DNA of 64,000 bases from Clostridia bacterium (GCA_017397315.1 JAFQJA010000021.1:42756-106755), one strand, 5' to 3'; positions 45,415 through 56,113 are shown, counted from the stretch's first letter. The notes: generated from the letters alone by a model not told the origin. Numbers and translations: made by a program.

Positions 45415-47451
45415 ATGTCAGTAGGATTAGTTGACGAATACAACCAGAGTTTATGTGTTAAATCTGTTAGCTGTACAGTTGAAGTAACAGAGGACTTTGG
45501 TGTTTTCACATTAAAACAGCAGTTTTTAAATGACACCGACGAGGTTGCAGACGCAAGTTATATATTCCCGATAGCCGACTGTGAAATAATTGTTGACTTT
45601 AAAGTATATATTGGCAAAGAAGCAATTATATCCCATCTTACCAGCAAGCGGGATTCAGACTCTTTTGAGCAGTATTCTTTTGCCAACGCCAACGATTTTT
45701 CCAGTTTTAAAGTGCATATAGGTAAACTTGCACCGGGAAGAATAATAGAAACAGAACTTAAATACATTAAACATACGGAAAATAAAGATGGATATTGTAA
45801 AATAACAATACCCACGGTTGTTGTGCCTAATTTTGCAGTAGAAAGCACACAATACTCCTTTGGCGACTTTTCAAACCCTCCTGATTATCCAACGGCACTT
45901 GACTTTACATATTACGGCAGTAACATTACAAAAGCCTATTCCAACACTCACAACTTAAAATTCAATATTACAGACAGCACTGTTACTGCAACTCTTATCG
46001 ATAACAATTCCTCTAACTATGAAATAGAAATTATTATAGAAAAGGACAACACCAACTCTCCTGCAATATACAGATACAACAATCTCATTTACTGTACGGT
46101 CAAGCCTGAAATAGACCTGTACTCAAGACACGGCAAAAGGTATCTTTTTATGTTAAATACAGGGGAAAAGCATAAGGCAGAAATAAAGAACGCAGTTATT
46201 GCCTGTCTTAAAGCAATGCACAAAAATGATACTTTCAATCTAATGATGCTAAACAGACAAAATTCTGTTTTCTCTGACAGTTATGTGCACCCCACCGATG
46301 ACCAGATATACGCAGTGTCCAACTGGTTTAACTCATACGAATTAGGAGATACCGTAGAACTGTTCTCCGACCTGATATCTTCATACAAGCACAACGGAAA
46401 CACAGTTGCCATGCTTATTACAGACGAAAAGACATCGCAAAACAAGGACATCATAAAATATATTGAAAACCACAAAAGCAACACATATTACACATTGGAA
46501 ATTGACAACAAAGACGATATGGGCTTTTTAAAAGCACTGGCTGAAAATACAGGTGGTAAATACAGATTTATTTCACCCAAAAACAAAGTGGCAAAAGAAA
46601 TTATAGGTGCTTTTAACATAGTGTCTGCACCTTGTATTACAGACGCCACAATTACTTTTGATAATACGGTAAACAGCATAGCAACAACCGGAATAAAAAA
46701 AATACACTACGGCGATACAATTACCGCCATTGCAGAGGTGTATGACGCTATGCCTGAAAAAATGTATGTAGATGGGAAATTTGCAGGCAGAAATATAAGT
46801 TTTGAAATAGATATAACAAAATACAAATACGGCGGAAATTCCTTAAGGTACCTTTTTGCCAAAAACACTATTGATAATCTCAACCAAAAACTTACAAACT
46901 GTTCTATGACAGAAAGCAAAGAAATAACAAATAAAATTATTGAGTTGTCCAAAAAATACAGCATTTTCAATAACTATCTGGATATGCTTTTAATGAATTC
47001 CAACGGAAAGTACTACGATTGTGTTTCAATAATTCGGCCCAAGGCGTTGCCGTACGACTGGTATTTATCCGCAATGGAATCTTATGATTTGAGAAACAAT
47101 CCAAATGATATTGATACACAGTATATAAAACTGATTAAACGCCAGCGTTGCGACGGAAGTTTTCATCCATCACACACACCTGATAATTCAAGAACAAAAG
47201 AAAGTATAGCAATATACACCGCCCGCGTTGTTACGGAAATAATGAAAAACTATCCAAACCCATCACTGTTTATCTGGAATTTACGAAAAGCCGTTGAGTT
47301 TCTGATGGATTATATTGAAAACGGCGACAATGCCAGTGTTCCGCAAAAAATTACACAGGCGCTTCTTGACTGGCATAAAACGCTTAAAAGCAATGATGAA
47401 ATTAGCCAAAAAGTAGAGGCTATTGCTTATATGTATGGTAATAATATATAA
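45415..47451 (+). CDS. VIT-domain plus vWA-like domain protein (678 aa, no signal peptide)
   Basis: N-terminal VIT-like pattern (VTEDFGVFTLKQQFLND..ADASYIFPI..CEIIVDFKVYIGKEAI...IGKLAPG). The central vWA-like region has a degenerate MIDAS site (FMLNTGEK instead of DxSxS). The C-terminal region is helical. Confidence 0.6.
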   Translation: MSVGLVDEYNQSLCVKSVSCTVEVTEDFGVFTLKQQFLNDTDEVADASYIFPIADCEIIVDFKVYIGKEAIISHLTSKRDSDSFEQYSFANANDFSSFKVHIGKLAPGRIIETELKYIKHTENKDGYCKITIPTVVVPNFAVESTQYSFGDFSNPPDYPTALDFTYYGSNITKAYSNTHNLKFNITDSTVTATLIDNNSSNYEIEIIIEKDNTNSPAIYRYNNLIYCTVKPEIDLYSRHGKRYLFMLNTGEKHKAEIKNAVIACLKAMHKNDTFNLMMLNRQNSVFSDSYVHPTDDQIYAVSNWFNSYELGDTVELFSDLISSYKHNGNTVAMLITDEKTSQNKDIIKYIENHKSNTYYTLEIDNKDDMGFLKALAENTGGKYRFISPKNKVAKEIIGAFNIVSAPCITDATITFDNTVNSIATTGIKKIHYGDTITAIAEVYDAMPEKMYVDGKFAGRNISFEIDITKYKYGGNSLRYLFAKNTIDNLNQKLTNCSMTESKEITNKIIELSKKYSIFNNYLDMLLMNSNGKYYDCVSIIRPKALPYDWYLSAMESYDLRNNPNDIDTQYIKLIKRQRCDGSFHPSHTPDNSRTKESIAIYTARVVTEIMKNYPNPSLFIWNLRKAVEFLMDYIENGDNASVPQKITQALLDWHKTLKSNDEISQKVEAIAYMYGNNI

Positions 47452-47528
47452 ATTTTAAAAAAACACTTGTAAATTTCATAATTTTGGTATAAAATATATG
47501 ATAGTTAAAAAAATATCAATTTTTTTAG

Positions 47529-48551
<1,023 letters not shown>

Positions 48552-48564
48552 TTTTCCTTATCAG

Positions 48565-48597
48565 AAAAACCGTGAGCATTGCTCACGGTTTTCTTTT
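48565..48597. terminator. bidirectional terminator between gap and malQ
   Basis: Stem aaaaccgtgagc / gctcacggtttt. The malQ stop lies inside the hairpin. Confidence 0.75.
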
Positions 48598-50019
48598 ATA
48601 TAATCTGTTCAATTCTCTGAACTTTTCTTTGTTTATACTTTGCAACTGTTCTTTTGTAATCCTGAATCGCCAGTTTCCTTCGGCACTGCCGGGAGTGTTA
48701 AGCCTTGTGTCTGAACCGTATCCCAAAAGATCCTGAACAGGCAATATCACCGTGTCAGCGTGGCTTCTCCACAGTGTGCGAAGAACATAATCAAAACCGT
48801 CTTCAAAGTTACCGCCAAAGAAACCGCAATAAGAAAGCATATCCTTCTTCCTTTGCGAATCAAGTTCCCACAAGTATCCAAGAAGAGTGTTGTTGTCGTG
48901 AGTGCCTGTGTATGCAATGCAGTTTTTAGGATAGTTGTGAGGCATATTTGTACTGTCCGACCCGTCTATAAACCCAAACTGGAATACTCTCATTCCGGGG
49001 AAACCGCTTTGCTTTACAAGAGCATTTACTTCCTCTGTTATTTCACCCAAATCTTCCGCTATAATCATACAGTTGCCAGCGTTTTGCTTTATTACATTTA
49101 TAAGTTCCATTCCGGGACCTTTTTCCCATCTTCCGTTTTTTGCAGTAGTTTCGTCGCCGTCAACTGACCAGTATGCTTCAATTCCTCTGAAATGGTCTAT
49201 TCTTATTCCGTCAAACATTTTTGCCATAGCAGAAATTCGTCTTCCCCACCAACTGTAACCATCTTTTTTCATTTCTTCCCAGTTGTATATGGGGTTGCCC
49301 CACAACTGACCGTCTGCACAAAAATAATCGGGAGGTACTCCCGCTACCTTTGTCGGTTTGCCCTCGTTATCAAGGCAAAACAGTTTTTGGTTACTCCATA
49401 CATCTGCACTGTCTAAAGAAACATAAATAGGCATATCGCCAATTATTTTTATGCCGTTTTTGTTGGCGTACATTTTAATTTCCGCCCACTGAACAAAAAA
49501 CTCGTATTGAATAAACTGCCACATAAACAGTATTTCGGGGTTTATTTCATCATTGTCCCACTTTTGCCAGGGCTTTTGTCCGTTCGCCTCTTTTTTTGCC
49601 ATAAACATACAAAAGGCGGAAATTTCAGCATTTTCGTCAACGAATTTTTTCACTTGTTCTATGTAGTTACATTTTTTTGATGCCTCAAATAATAAGGGCA
49701 AACGTTCTTCATAAAGCCGAGCATATTCACAACTGTAAGGTGTGTTCTGATAACTGTTTTTTAATTGCTCATCTGTAATAACACCTTTTTTATGCAGTAT
49801 TTTCAAATCTACAAAATAGGGGTTGCCTGCAAAAGCAGAGTACGACTGGTATGGGGAATTAAAACTGTCCGCCATACAAAAGGGCAAAACCTGCCAGTAA
49901 GAAAAATCACATTCCTTTAAAAAATCTATAAATTCTTTTGCATTGTCGCCAAATGAGCCAATTGAATAGTCTCCGTATAATGACGAAATATGCATAAGTA
50001 CACCGCTCGTTCTTGCCAA
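48583..50019 (-). CDS. malQ: 4-alpha-glucanotransferase (amylomaltase, GH77)
   Basis: N-terminus RTSGVLMHISSL... plus the IRIDHFRG and GTHDNNT motifs. Confidence 0.9.
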   Translation of the reverse strand: MARTSGVLMHISSLYGDYSIGSFGDNAKEFIDFLKECDFSYWQVLPFCMADSFNSPYQSYSAFAGNPYFVDLKILHKKGVITDEQLKNSYQNTPYSCEYARLYEERLPLLFEASKKCNYIEQVKKFVDENAEISAFCMFMAKKEANGQKPWQKWDNDEINPEILFMWQFIQYEFFVQWAEIKMYANKNGIKIIGDMPIYVSLDSADVWSNQKLFCLDNEGKPTKVAGVPPDYFCADGQLWGNPIYNWEEMKKDGYSWWGRRISAMAKMFDGIRIDHFRGIEAYWSVDGDETTAKNGRWEKGPGMELINVIKQNAGNCMIIAEDLGEITEEVNALVKQSGFPGMRVFQFGFIDGSDSTNMPHNYPKNCIAYTGTHDNNTLLGYLWELDSQRKKDMLSYCGFFGGNFEDGFDYVLRTLWRSHADTVILPVQDLLGYGSDTRLNTPGSAEGNWRFRITKEQLQSINKEKFRELNRLYKRKP

Positions 50020-50022
50020 ATT

Positions 50023-50913
50023 TTACAACTCCTTTTTGTAGATTACAAAATGCTTAATGTAAGCGTCAGATTGGGAACTCAAACCACTCATTACAATGTC
50101 ATGATAGGTTGCATTCTCGTTACACAAATAATATACCAAATCTTTTGACTGTTGGCTGTTCGGTAAGTTTACTCCGCTGTTATCCATAAACATATCCGTA
50201 TAGGTATCCACTAAATGCACACCATTGTCATAATATGAAACATAGTATTTCCCATCTGCGAATCCCACATCAAAAACAAAAACCATATTATTTTCGGAAT
50301 AATATTTAACAACTCTTAAAAAGGCATTTTTACCCGTTCTTTTTCTTTCTAAAAAATCATCAAATTGTTCTTGCCCATAACTGATGTATCCGTTTTTCAT
50401 AACAACACATTTATCATTCTTGCCTTGCTCTATGGTGTAATTTCTGTAAATTTCCGATAAAGGTGCATAACCCATATCCGTTATATTTTCCATAAAAGCA
50501 TCTCGCTCATACCACTCTATCGATGACACACCAAGGTATGCTGTAGGATTGTAATAATAAAATGCACCTTTTCTTATGGTGGTAGGAGAATTTATAATAA
50601 GTTCTTCGCTTTTATTACCAAAAAAGAAAGTAAGTTCGTATTTATAACCCATTTTGCCCAAAGCAACCTCTGTTCTTTTGAACTTTGATGCACTTATATT
50701 TCGGACTATTGCCTCTATCCTTTCGGGTTCATTAACTATAAACCCCTGCCCCGTGTTACCGTTAAATATATAAATTTCTCTTATTTCTTCCGAGTCTGCC
50801 CCGCTTAAAAATCTTACAGGAATATTGTACCATATAAATAAACCCAGCACAAAAACAATTGCCAAACCGATAATTATAAGTTTATGTTTCATTTTATCAC
50901 CTTTGTTCTGCAA
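50023..50913 (-). CDS. membrane-anchored hypothetical protein (C-terminal half DUF4362-like)
   Basis: Single N-terminal TM. The domain assignment is tentative. Confidence 0.45.
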   Translation of the reverse strand: MQNKGDKMKHKLIIIGLAIVFVLGLFIWYNIPVRFLSGADSEEIREIYIFNGNTGQGFIVNEPERIEAIVRNISASKFKRTEVALGKMGYKYELTFFFGNKSEELIINSPTTIRKGAFYYYNPTAYLGVSSIEWYERDAFMENITDMGYAPLSEIYRNYTIEQGKNDKCVVMKNGYISYGQEQFDDFLERKRTGKNAFLRVVKYYSENNMVFVFDVGFADGKYYVSYYDNGVHLVDTYTDMFMDNSGVNLPNSQQSKDLVYYLCNENATYHDIVMSGLSSQSDAYIKHFVIYKKEL

Positions 50914-50926
50914 TATACCAATTTTA

Positions 50927-51187
50927 TTAAATTACATCTTTTATCAGATAACATGCTCTCTCATAATCTTTTTTATGAACATAGATTTTATATTCATAAG
51001 AATAATCCTGATTTATTCCAAAACTTCCATATCTGCCTCTTTTATTTTCAAATACCGATGCACTTTGAAGATTGGTTACTTTTGTTGTATAATTAATGCC
51101 ATTGGCAGATAAAACACCGCAAACCGCTGACCTGCGACCTGTATCCATGGTAATAAGCAATTCTTTTCGATTGAAAATAGTAATCAT
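50927..51187 (-). CDS. small hypothetical protein (possibly DUF2007-like)
   Basis: 86-aa ORF with SD AAAGGAG upstream. The family call is weak. Confidence 0.4.
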   Translation of the reverse strand: MITIFNRKELLITMDTGRRSAVCGVLSANGINYTTKVTNLQSASVFENKRGRYGSFGINQDYSYEYKIYVHKKDYERACYLIKDVI

Positions 51188-51226
51188 AATAAAACTCCTT
51201 TTGTTTCTTTCGTTACCGTAAGGCAG

Positions 51227-51273
51227 AACTTCACTTACTGAAAGTAAACTTCACTATCGAAGATAACTTCACT
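51227..51273 (-). repeat. three direct copies of AGTGAAGTT (plus-strand AACTTCACT) in an intercistronic gap
   Basis: Copies at 51227-51235, 51247-51255 and 51265-51273, flanked by a GCCCTTACGGGC hairpin. Confidence 0.7.
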
Positions 51274-51290
51274 TGCCCGTAAGGGCAAAC

Positions 51291-52538
51291 TTAGTTTAAA
51301 GGTGTATAACCTGTTTTTTCAACAAGTTCCTGTCCCTGAGAAGATGTCGCCCACTGTACAAATTTTTTAGTGTTATCTGTTGCATCGCTTCTTGTTACTG
51401 CAAAAAACTCTGAAAAGATGGGATATGTACCGTTTTCAATATTTTCAAGAGTTGGTGCAATACCGTTTATTTTTAACAGTTTTATCTGGTTGTTATTTAC
51501 CATCTCATTTGAATAATATCTGAATGAATACCCAATGGCGTTTTTGTAATTTTTGTAGTCTGCAGTTTTGCTTATAATTCCGCCCATACCTGCTATTACA
51601 TTTTCTTCAGGAGGTGTCATCAGTTCCTTGCCGTTCATTATTTTTAAAATCGCGGTCTGGCTTCCGCTTCCTTCTTCTCGCTGAAATGCTCTAATGTTTC
51701 CAAAGCCCTCAACTCCTAGTTGTTCCCACTTCTTAATTTTGCCTGAATAAATGTCCTGTATCTGTTCCAAAGTGATATTTTCAAGAGGATTATTACTGTT
51801 TACGAAAAACACAAAAGCCTCCTTGCCTATGGGAGTGAACATCAGTTCTACATTGTTTTCTTTTGCAAACTGAGTTTGCTCCTTTGACGGTCCGCCCACA
51901 AAAATAATGTCCGCATCACCTGTAACTATCCTTTCGTATGCACCGCCCGTTGTAGAACAATTCAAAATTTCGTTTCCTTTGAGTTGTATTTCGTTTAGTG
52001 CACTTTCGGGATATACCGCCTTTGCAAATGCCGAATATATTGGATAAAGCGCTGTCGCACCGTCAAGGCGGGGTATGTCATCAGAAATTTTTAATGTTGC
52101 CTCACCGTCTAAATTTGCAACTTTTGTATCTTCGCCGTAAGGAAGATACTGCCACAAAAGATTTCCGCTGTCATCAATGGTGGGGATACTGTCCACATAA
52201 CTCTGGTAGCCGTAATGCCCCGAAAACGCTATCATACACAGCAAAAGACAAATCACTATAGGCATATACACTCTTTTGTTCTTCCCAAATCCTAATATCA
52301 AACCCACAAACAAAACACATAAAAGTATTGAAACAATTACTGTCAACGATATGTAAAAAGTGCTGTGTTTTGATGAAAATGCGATTAACAGTGCACCAAT
52401 TAATGTGTATATTACAGCAGTAAATACAAGACCTGCCGTAGCCCATATCTTACCCAGTAATCGTGATTTGTCAAACTTCATAGAGATAAGCCCTGCGACT
52501 AATAAAATCAAAGGTAATATAAACACAACAACGCTCAT
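51291..52538 (-). CDS. membrane-anchored PstS-family (PBP-like 2) substrate-binding protein
   Basis: Four N-terminal TM helices, then a PstS-like domain (GATALYPIYSAFAK..., GSGSQT). The ATG at 52538 follows GGGGGGA. Confidence 0.65.
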   Translation of the reverse strand: MSVVVFILPLILLVAGLISMKFDKSRLLGKIWATAGLVFTAVIYTLIGALLIAFSSKHSTFYISLTVIVSILLCVLFVGLILGFGKNKRVYMPIVICLLLCMIAFSGHYGYQSYVDSIPTIDDSGNLLWQYLPYGEDTKVANLDGEATLKISDDIPRLDGATALYPIYSAFAKAVYPESALNEIQLKGNEILNCSTTGGAYERIVTGDADIIFVGGPSKEQTQFAKENNVELMFTPIGKEAFVFFVNSNNPLENITLEQIQDIYSGKIKKWEQLGVEGFGNIRAFQREEGSGSQTAILKIMNGKELMTPPEENVIAGMGGIISKTADYKNYKNAIGYSFRYYSNEMVNNNQIKLLKINGIAPTLENIENGTYPIFSEFFAVTRSDATDNTKKFVQWATSSQGQELVEKTGYTPLN

Positions 52539-52766
52539 TATTATCCCCCCATACAAATAATGCTACCAACCACTCTTGAACAAGAACGCCCTTGCCAAGT
52601 TTAATGGATGTACCAATTGTTATTTTTTTAACCGTCTTATACAAACCAATGTTTTCTTGAAAGTCCGGTATAGTCATTATCAATACATCTCTTATAATTT
52701 CAATTATAACATTTTTCTGCACTAATATCAAGACAAAAAGATGTATTCGATTGCACCGCCGGTCTT

Positions 52767-52802
52767 CAAAAAAGCAACCCCCTTGACATTGTCAAGGGGG
52801 GG
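52767..52802 (-). terminator. rho-independent terminator of rubrerythrin gene
   Basis: Minus strand: cccccttgaca-at-gtcaaggggg followed by ttgctttttt. Confidence 0.75.
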
Positions 52803-52829
52803 TAATACAATTACAATTTCTATATTAAA

Positions 52830-53372
52830 TTAACCAAAATATCTCTTCAAAAGTCCTGCAAAACCGCAACCGTGCCGAGCTTCGTCTTTTGCCATTTCGT
52901 GAACAGTATCATGAATTGCATCGTATCCTAATTCTTTTGCTAATTTTGCAAGTTCTACTTTACCTGCGGTTGCACCGTTTTCAGCTTCAACACGCATTTC
53001 AAGATTTTTCTTTGTTGACTCAGTTACAACTTCACCCAGCAATTCCGCAAACTTTGCAGCATGTTCTGCTTCTTCAAAAGCGGCTTGCTGATAAAAAGCA
53101 CCAACTTCAGGATAGCCCTCTCTTATTGCTTGTCTTGACATTGCAAGATACATACCAACTTCTGTACATTCGCCCATAAAGTTTGCTTTCAATCCTTCGA
53201 TAACTCTTTCGTCAACTCCTTTTGCAACGCCTATTCTGTGTTCATCTGCCCAGGTCATTTCCCCTGACTGTTCAGCAAATTTATCTGCCCCAGCATTACA
53301 TACCGGGCATTTTTCAGGAGCCTGGTCTCCCTCATGAACATAACCGCAAATTTTACATACCCATTTTTTCAT
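52830..53372 (-). CDS. reverse rubrerythrin (N-terminal rubredoxin-like CxxC..CxxC, C-terminal diiron ferritin-like domain)
   Basis: WVCKICGY...CPVCN, then the EExH-type diiron helices ([22 protein letters not shown]). Confidence 0.85.
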   Translation of the reverse strand: MKKWVCKICGYVHEGDQAPEKCPVCNAGADKFAEQSGEMTWADEHRIGVAKGVDERVIEGLKANFMGECTEVGMYLAMSRQAIREGYPEVGAFYQQAAFEEAEHAAKFAELLGEVVTESTKKNLEMRVEAENGATAGKVELAKLAKELGYDAIHDTVHEMAKDEARHGCGFAGLLKRYFG

Positions 53373-53461
53373 TTTCATGACCTCCAAAATATTTTTAATA
53401 ATAGTAATTATTCCTGTTTTCTTTTATTATATCATATTTTATATATTTGTCAATAGTTTTT

Positions 53462-54130
53462 TTAAAACAAATTCCAATTTATCGGCTGTATTTTATTGTC
53501 AATCAAAAACTGATTTGTTTCAGAAAAATGTCTGCAACCGAAAAAGCCTCTGTAAACTGAAAGAGGGCTAGGATGAACTGCTGTTAACACTTTATGCTGT
53601 TTATTAGTAACAAGAGGTATTTTTGACTTGGCAGGACTTCCCCAAAGAATAAACACCATTGGTTTTTCCCTTTGGTTAAGAAGCGAAATAATTTTATCGG
53701 TAAGAATTTCCCAACCCATATTTCTGTGGCTGTTTGCCATTCCCTCACGCACGGTCAGTACTGTATTAAGAAGCAGTACTCCGTTTTTTGCCCATGCAGT
53801 CAAATCACCGGACGACGGAATTTTAATTCCCAAATCATTATGCAGTTCAGTAAAAATATTTTTCAATGACGGAGGTGGTTCCACCCCTTTTTGAACGGAA
53901 AAGCAAAGACCGTGTGCCTGCCCAAAGCCGTGGTAAGGGTCTTGTCCCAGTATTACCGCTTTAACATCAGAATAGGATGTATAGCGAAGCGCATTAAATA
54001 TATTTTCCATTGCAGGATATACATTAAAATTACTGTATTCGTATTTCAGAAATTCCCTCAATTTTAAATAATAATCTTTTTTAAATTCGGGTGCCAGAAG
54101 AGTGTCCCACTCATTTCCTATATTTACCAA
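53462..54130 (-). CDS. ung: uracil-DNA glycosylase (family 1)
   Basis: GQDPYH and HPSPLS motifs. The likely TTG start at 54130 follows GAGGTGA. The ATG at 54169 lies between the -35 and -10 of a TTGACC-17-TATAAT promoter. Confidence 0.85.
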   Translation of the reverse strand: MVNIGNEWDTLLAPEFKKDYYLKLREFLKYEYSNFNVYPAMENIFNALRYTSYSDVKAVILGQDPYHGFGQAHGLCFSVQKGVEPPPSLKNIFTELHNDLGIKIPSSGDLTAWAKNGVLLLNTVLTVREGMANSHRNMGWEILTDKIISLLNQREKPMVFILWGSPAKSKIPLVTNKQHKVLTAVHPSPLSVYRGFFGCRHFSETNQFLIDNKIQPINWNLF

Positions 54131-54236
54131 AACATTCACCTCAAGTATATTATAATACACCTTTTGCATCCGGTCAAGTTGACAAAAGCCCGATATAAAG
54201 GTATAATACTTATAAAAATTATATTAGGAGTTAAAT

Positions 54237-55460
54237 ATGAATAAACCTGAATTATTGGCCCCGGCGGGCAACCTTGAAAAATTAAAAACCGCACTGATTT
54301 ACGGTGCTGACGCTATATATGCAGGAGGAGAAGAATTTTCTCTTCGTACCGCCTGCGACAATTTTACACCCGAGCAGTTAAAATACGGCATAGATTTTGC
54401 ACACAAATATGGCAAAAAAATCTATATAGCAGTGAATGTAATAATGAAAAACCGTGATTTAGAACCATTATCACGCTTTGCGGAACAGTTATACGATTAT
54501 GGTGCAGACGGCGTTATCGTTTCTGATTTAGGCGGTTTTGATGTTATTAAAAAATCCGCTCCAAAACTTGATATTCATGTGAGCACTCAGGCAAATATTG
54601 TAAACCATCAAAGTGCCAATATGTGGCATAATTTGGGTGCAAAAAGAGTTGTTCTTGCTCGCGAACTTACTTGCGAAGAAGTAACTCAAATACGGCAAAA
54701 TACACACCCCGATTTAGAACTGGAATTGTTTGTTCACGGAGCAATGTGCATATCATATTCAGGCAGATGTTTATTAAGCAACTATATGACAGGCAGAGAT
54801 TCCAACAAAGGCGACTGTGCACAGTCCTGCAGATGGAATTACCATCTTGTTGAAGAAAAACGCCCCGGCGAATATATGAAAATTACTGAAAACGAAAACG
54901 GAAGTTTTATATTCAATTCTAAAGATATGTGCCTTATAGAATACTTGCCTGAAATAATAAATTCAGGCGTATCAAGTCTTAAAATTGAGGGCAGGGTAAA
55001 AAGCGAGTACTATGTCGCGACAGTTGTTAAAGCATACCGAGAAGAGATTGACAGATATTTAGAAAACCCCTCTAAATATGTTTTTGACCAAAGCAAGTTG
55101 GAAGAACTGTGCAAAATCAGCCACAGGCATTATTCCAGGGGGTTCTGGCACAACGACTGTAATAATAACGGTCAGATATACGAAACAAGCGCTTATATAA
55201 GAGATTACGATGTTGTTGGAACTGTTGTAAAATGCGACAACGACGGAAACGCAACAATATACCAACGGAACAAGTTTTCCGTTTGTGAGGAAATTGAAAT
55301 ACTAAGACCTCAAGGCGATTTTTTGAAATTTACCATAGATAAAATGACAGACAAAAAAGGAGATAGCATACAGTCTGCACCTCATGCGCAAATGGAAGTT
55401 AATATGAAATTACCCCAATATGTTCCTGAAAACTCAATGTTAAGGAGAAAGAAAAATTAG
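54237..55460 (+). CDS. U32-family peptidase-like protein
   Basis: N-terminus PELLAPAGNLEKLKTA..YGADAIY and the conserved ELFVHGAMC.SYSGRCLLS motif. Confidence 0.85.
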   Translation: MNKPELLAPAGNLEKLKTALIYGADAIYAGGEEFSLRTACDNFTPEQLKYGIDFAHKYGKKIYIAVNVIMKNRDLEPLSRFAEQLYDYGADGVIVSDLGGFDVIKKSAPKLDIHVSTQANIVNHQSANMWHNLGAKRVVLARELTCEEVTQIRQNTHPDLELELFVHGAMCISYSGRCLLSNYMTGRDSNKGDCAQSCRWNYHLVEEKRPGEYMKITENENGSFIFNSKDMCLIEYLPEIINSGVSSLKIEGRVKSEYYVATVVKAYREEIDRYLENPSKYVFDQSKLEELCKISHRHYSRGFWHNDCNNNGQIYETSAYIRDYDVVGTVVKCDNDGNATIYQRNKFSVCEEIEILRPQGDFLKFTIDKMTDKKGDSIQSAPHAQMEVNMKLPQYVPENSMLRRKKN

Positions 55461-56113
55461 TTTTTATACAGGCTTGGCACTTCTCCCACTATTACCGTTT
55501 CAGTAACGGGCACTGTTGTCTGTATGTCAAGTTTGATATTTCTCCTCATAAATATAATATTTATTTCGGCGTTTACCGAAACAGAGATATTGTGTTTTGT
55601 CTGGTTGACACCTGCCGACACAAAATCGCTTACGAAATCAACGGAGGCATATCCTACCCTGTTAATTTTAATTGGAATTTTTGGCCCCCAACCAGACAAC
55701 ATAGCGGACGACAAGACACTTCCCAAAGGTATATTCAGTGTTTTTTCCTGCAACTGCTCCATTTCTCTGTTAATGGTAACCGACAGTTGGGATTTTAAAA
55801 AATTAAGGTTTTTGGTGTTGGACTCTATAGCAGTTATAATACCGTTACTGTTTTGACTTAATTTGTATAAACTACTATACGAAATATCATTTTGTTCAAT
55901 CACCGATAAAACGGTATTATTAATTGTGTTTTCAGTCTCACGAGAAGCTGTTGTTTTTGCCATAACTGATATAACAGGGAAAAAGGATTTTTGAACTGTA
56001 AAAGTAGTTATGACTAGCCCTGCAAGGAAAACAAGCAAGACTAAAAACCAAAACATTTTTCTTATATTAACTGCATATATAATTCTCCCGCTGTATTTTT
56101 TAAATCTTAACAT
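55457..56113 (-). CDS. yunB: sporulation protein YunB
   Basis: TM segment, then the YunB-like C-terminus (GPKIPIKI...AGVNQTKH...VIVGEVP). SD AAGGAG, 7 nt, then ATG at 56113. The longer ORF-track version runs across two tRNA genes. Confidence 0.7.
   Translation of the reverse strand: MLRFKKYSGRIIYAVNIRKMFWFLVLLVFLAGLVITTFTVQKSFFPVISVMAKTTASRETENTINNTVLSVIEQNDISYSSLYKLSQNSNGIITAIESNTKNLNFLKSQLSVTINREMEQLQEKTLNIPLGSVLSSAMLSGWGPKIPIKINRVGYASVDFVSDFVSAGVNQTKHNISVSVNAEINIIFMRRNIKLDIQTTVPVTETVIVGEVPSLYKN

Noticed and set aside
54131-54169. ATG 54169 as the ung start
   Set aside because: It lies between the -35 (TTGACC) and -10 (TATAAT) of the apparent ung promoter. The TTG at 54130 follows GAGGTGA and gives a typical Ung N-terminus. 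The alternative cannot be fully excluded.
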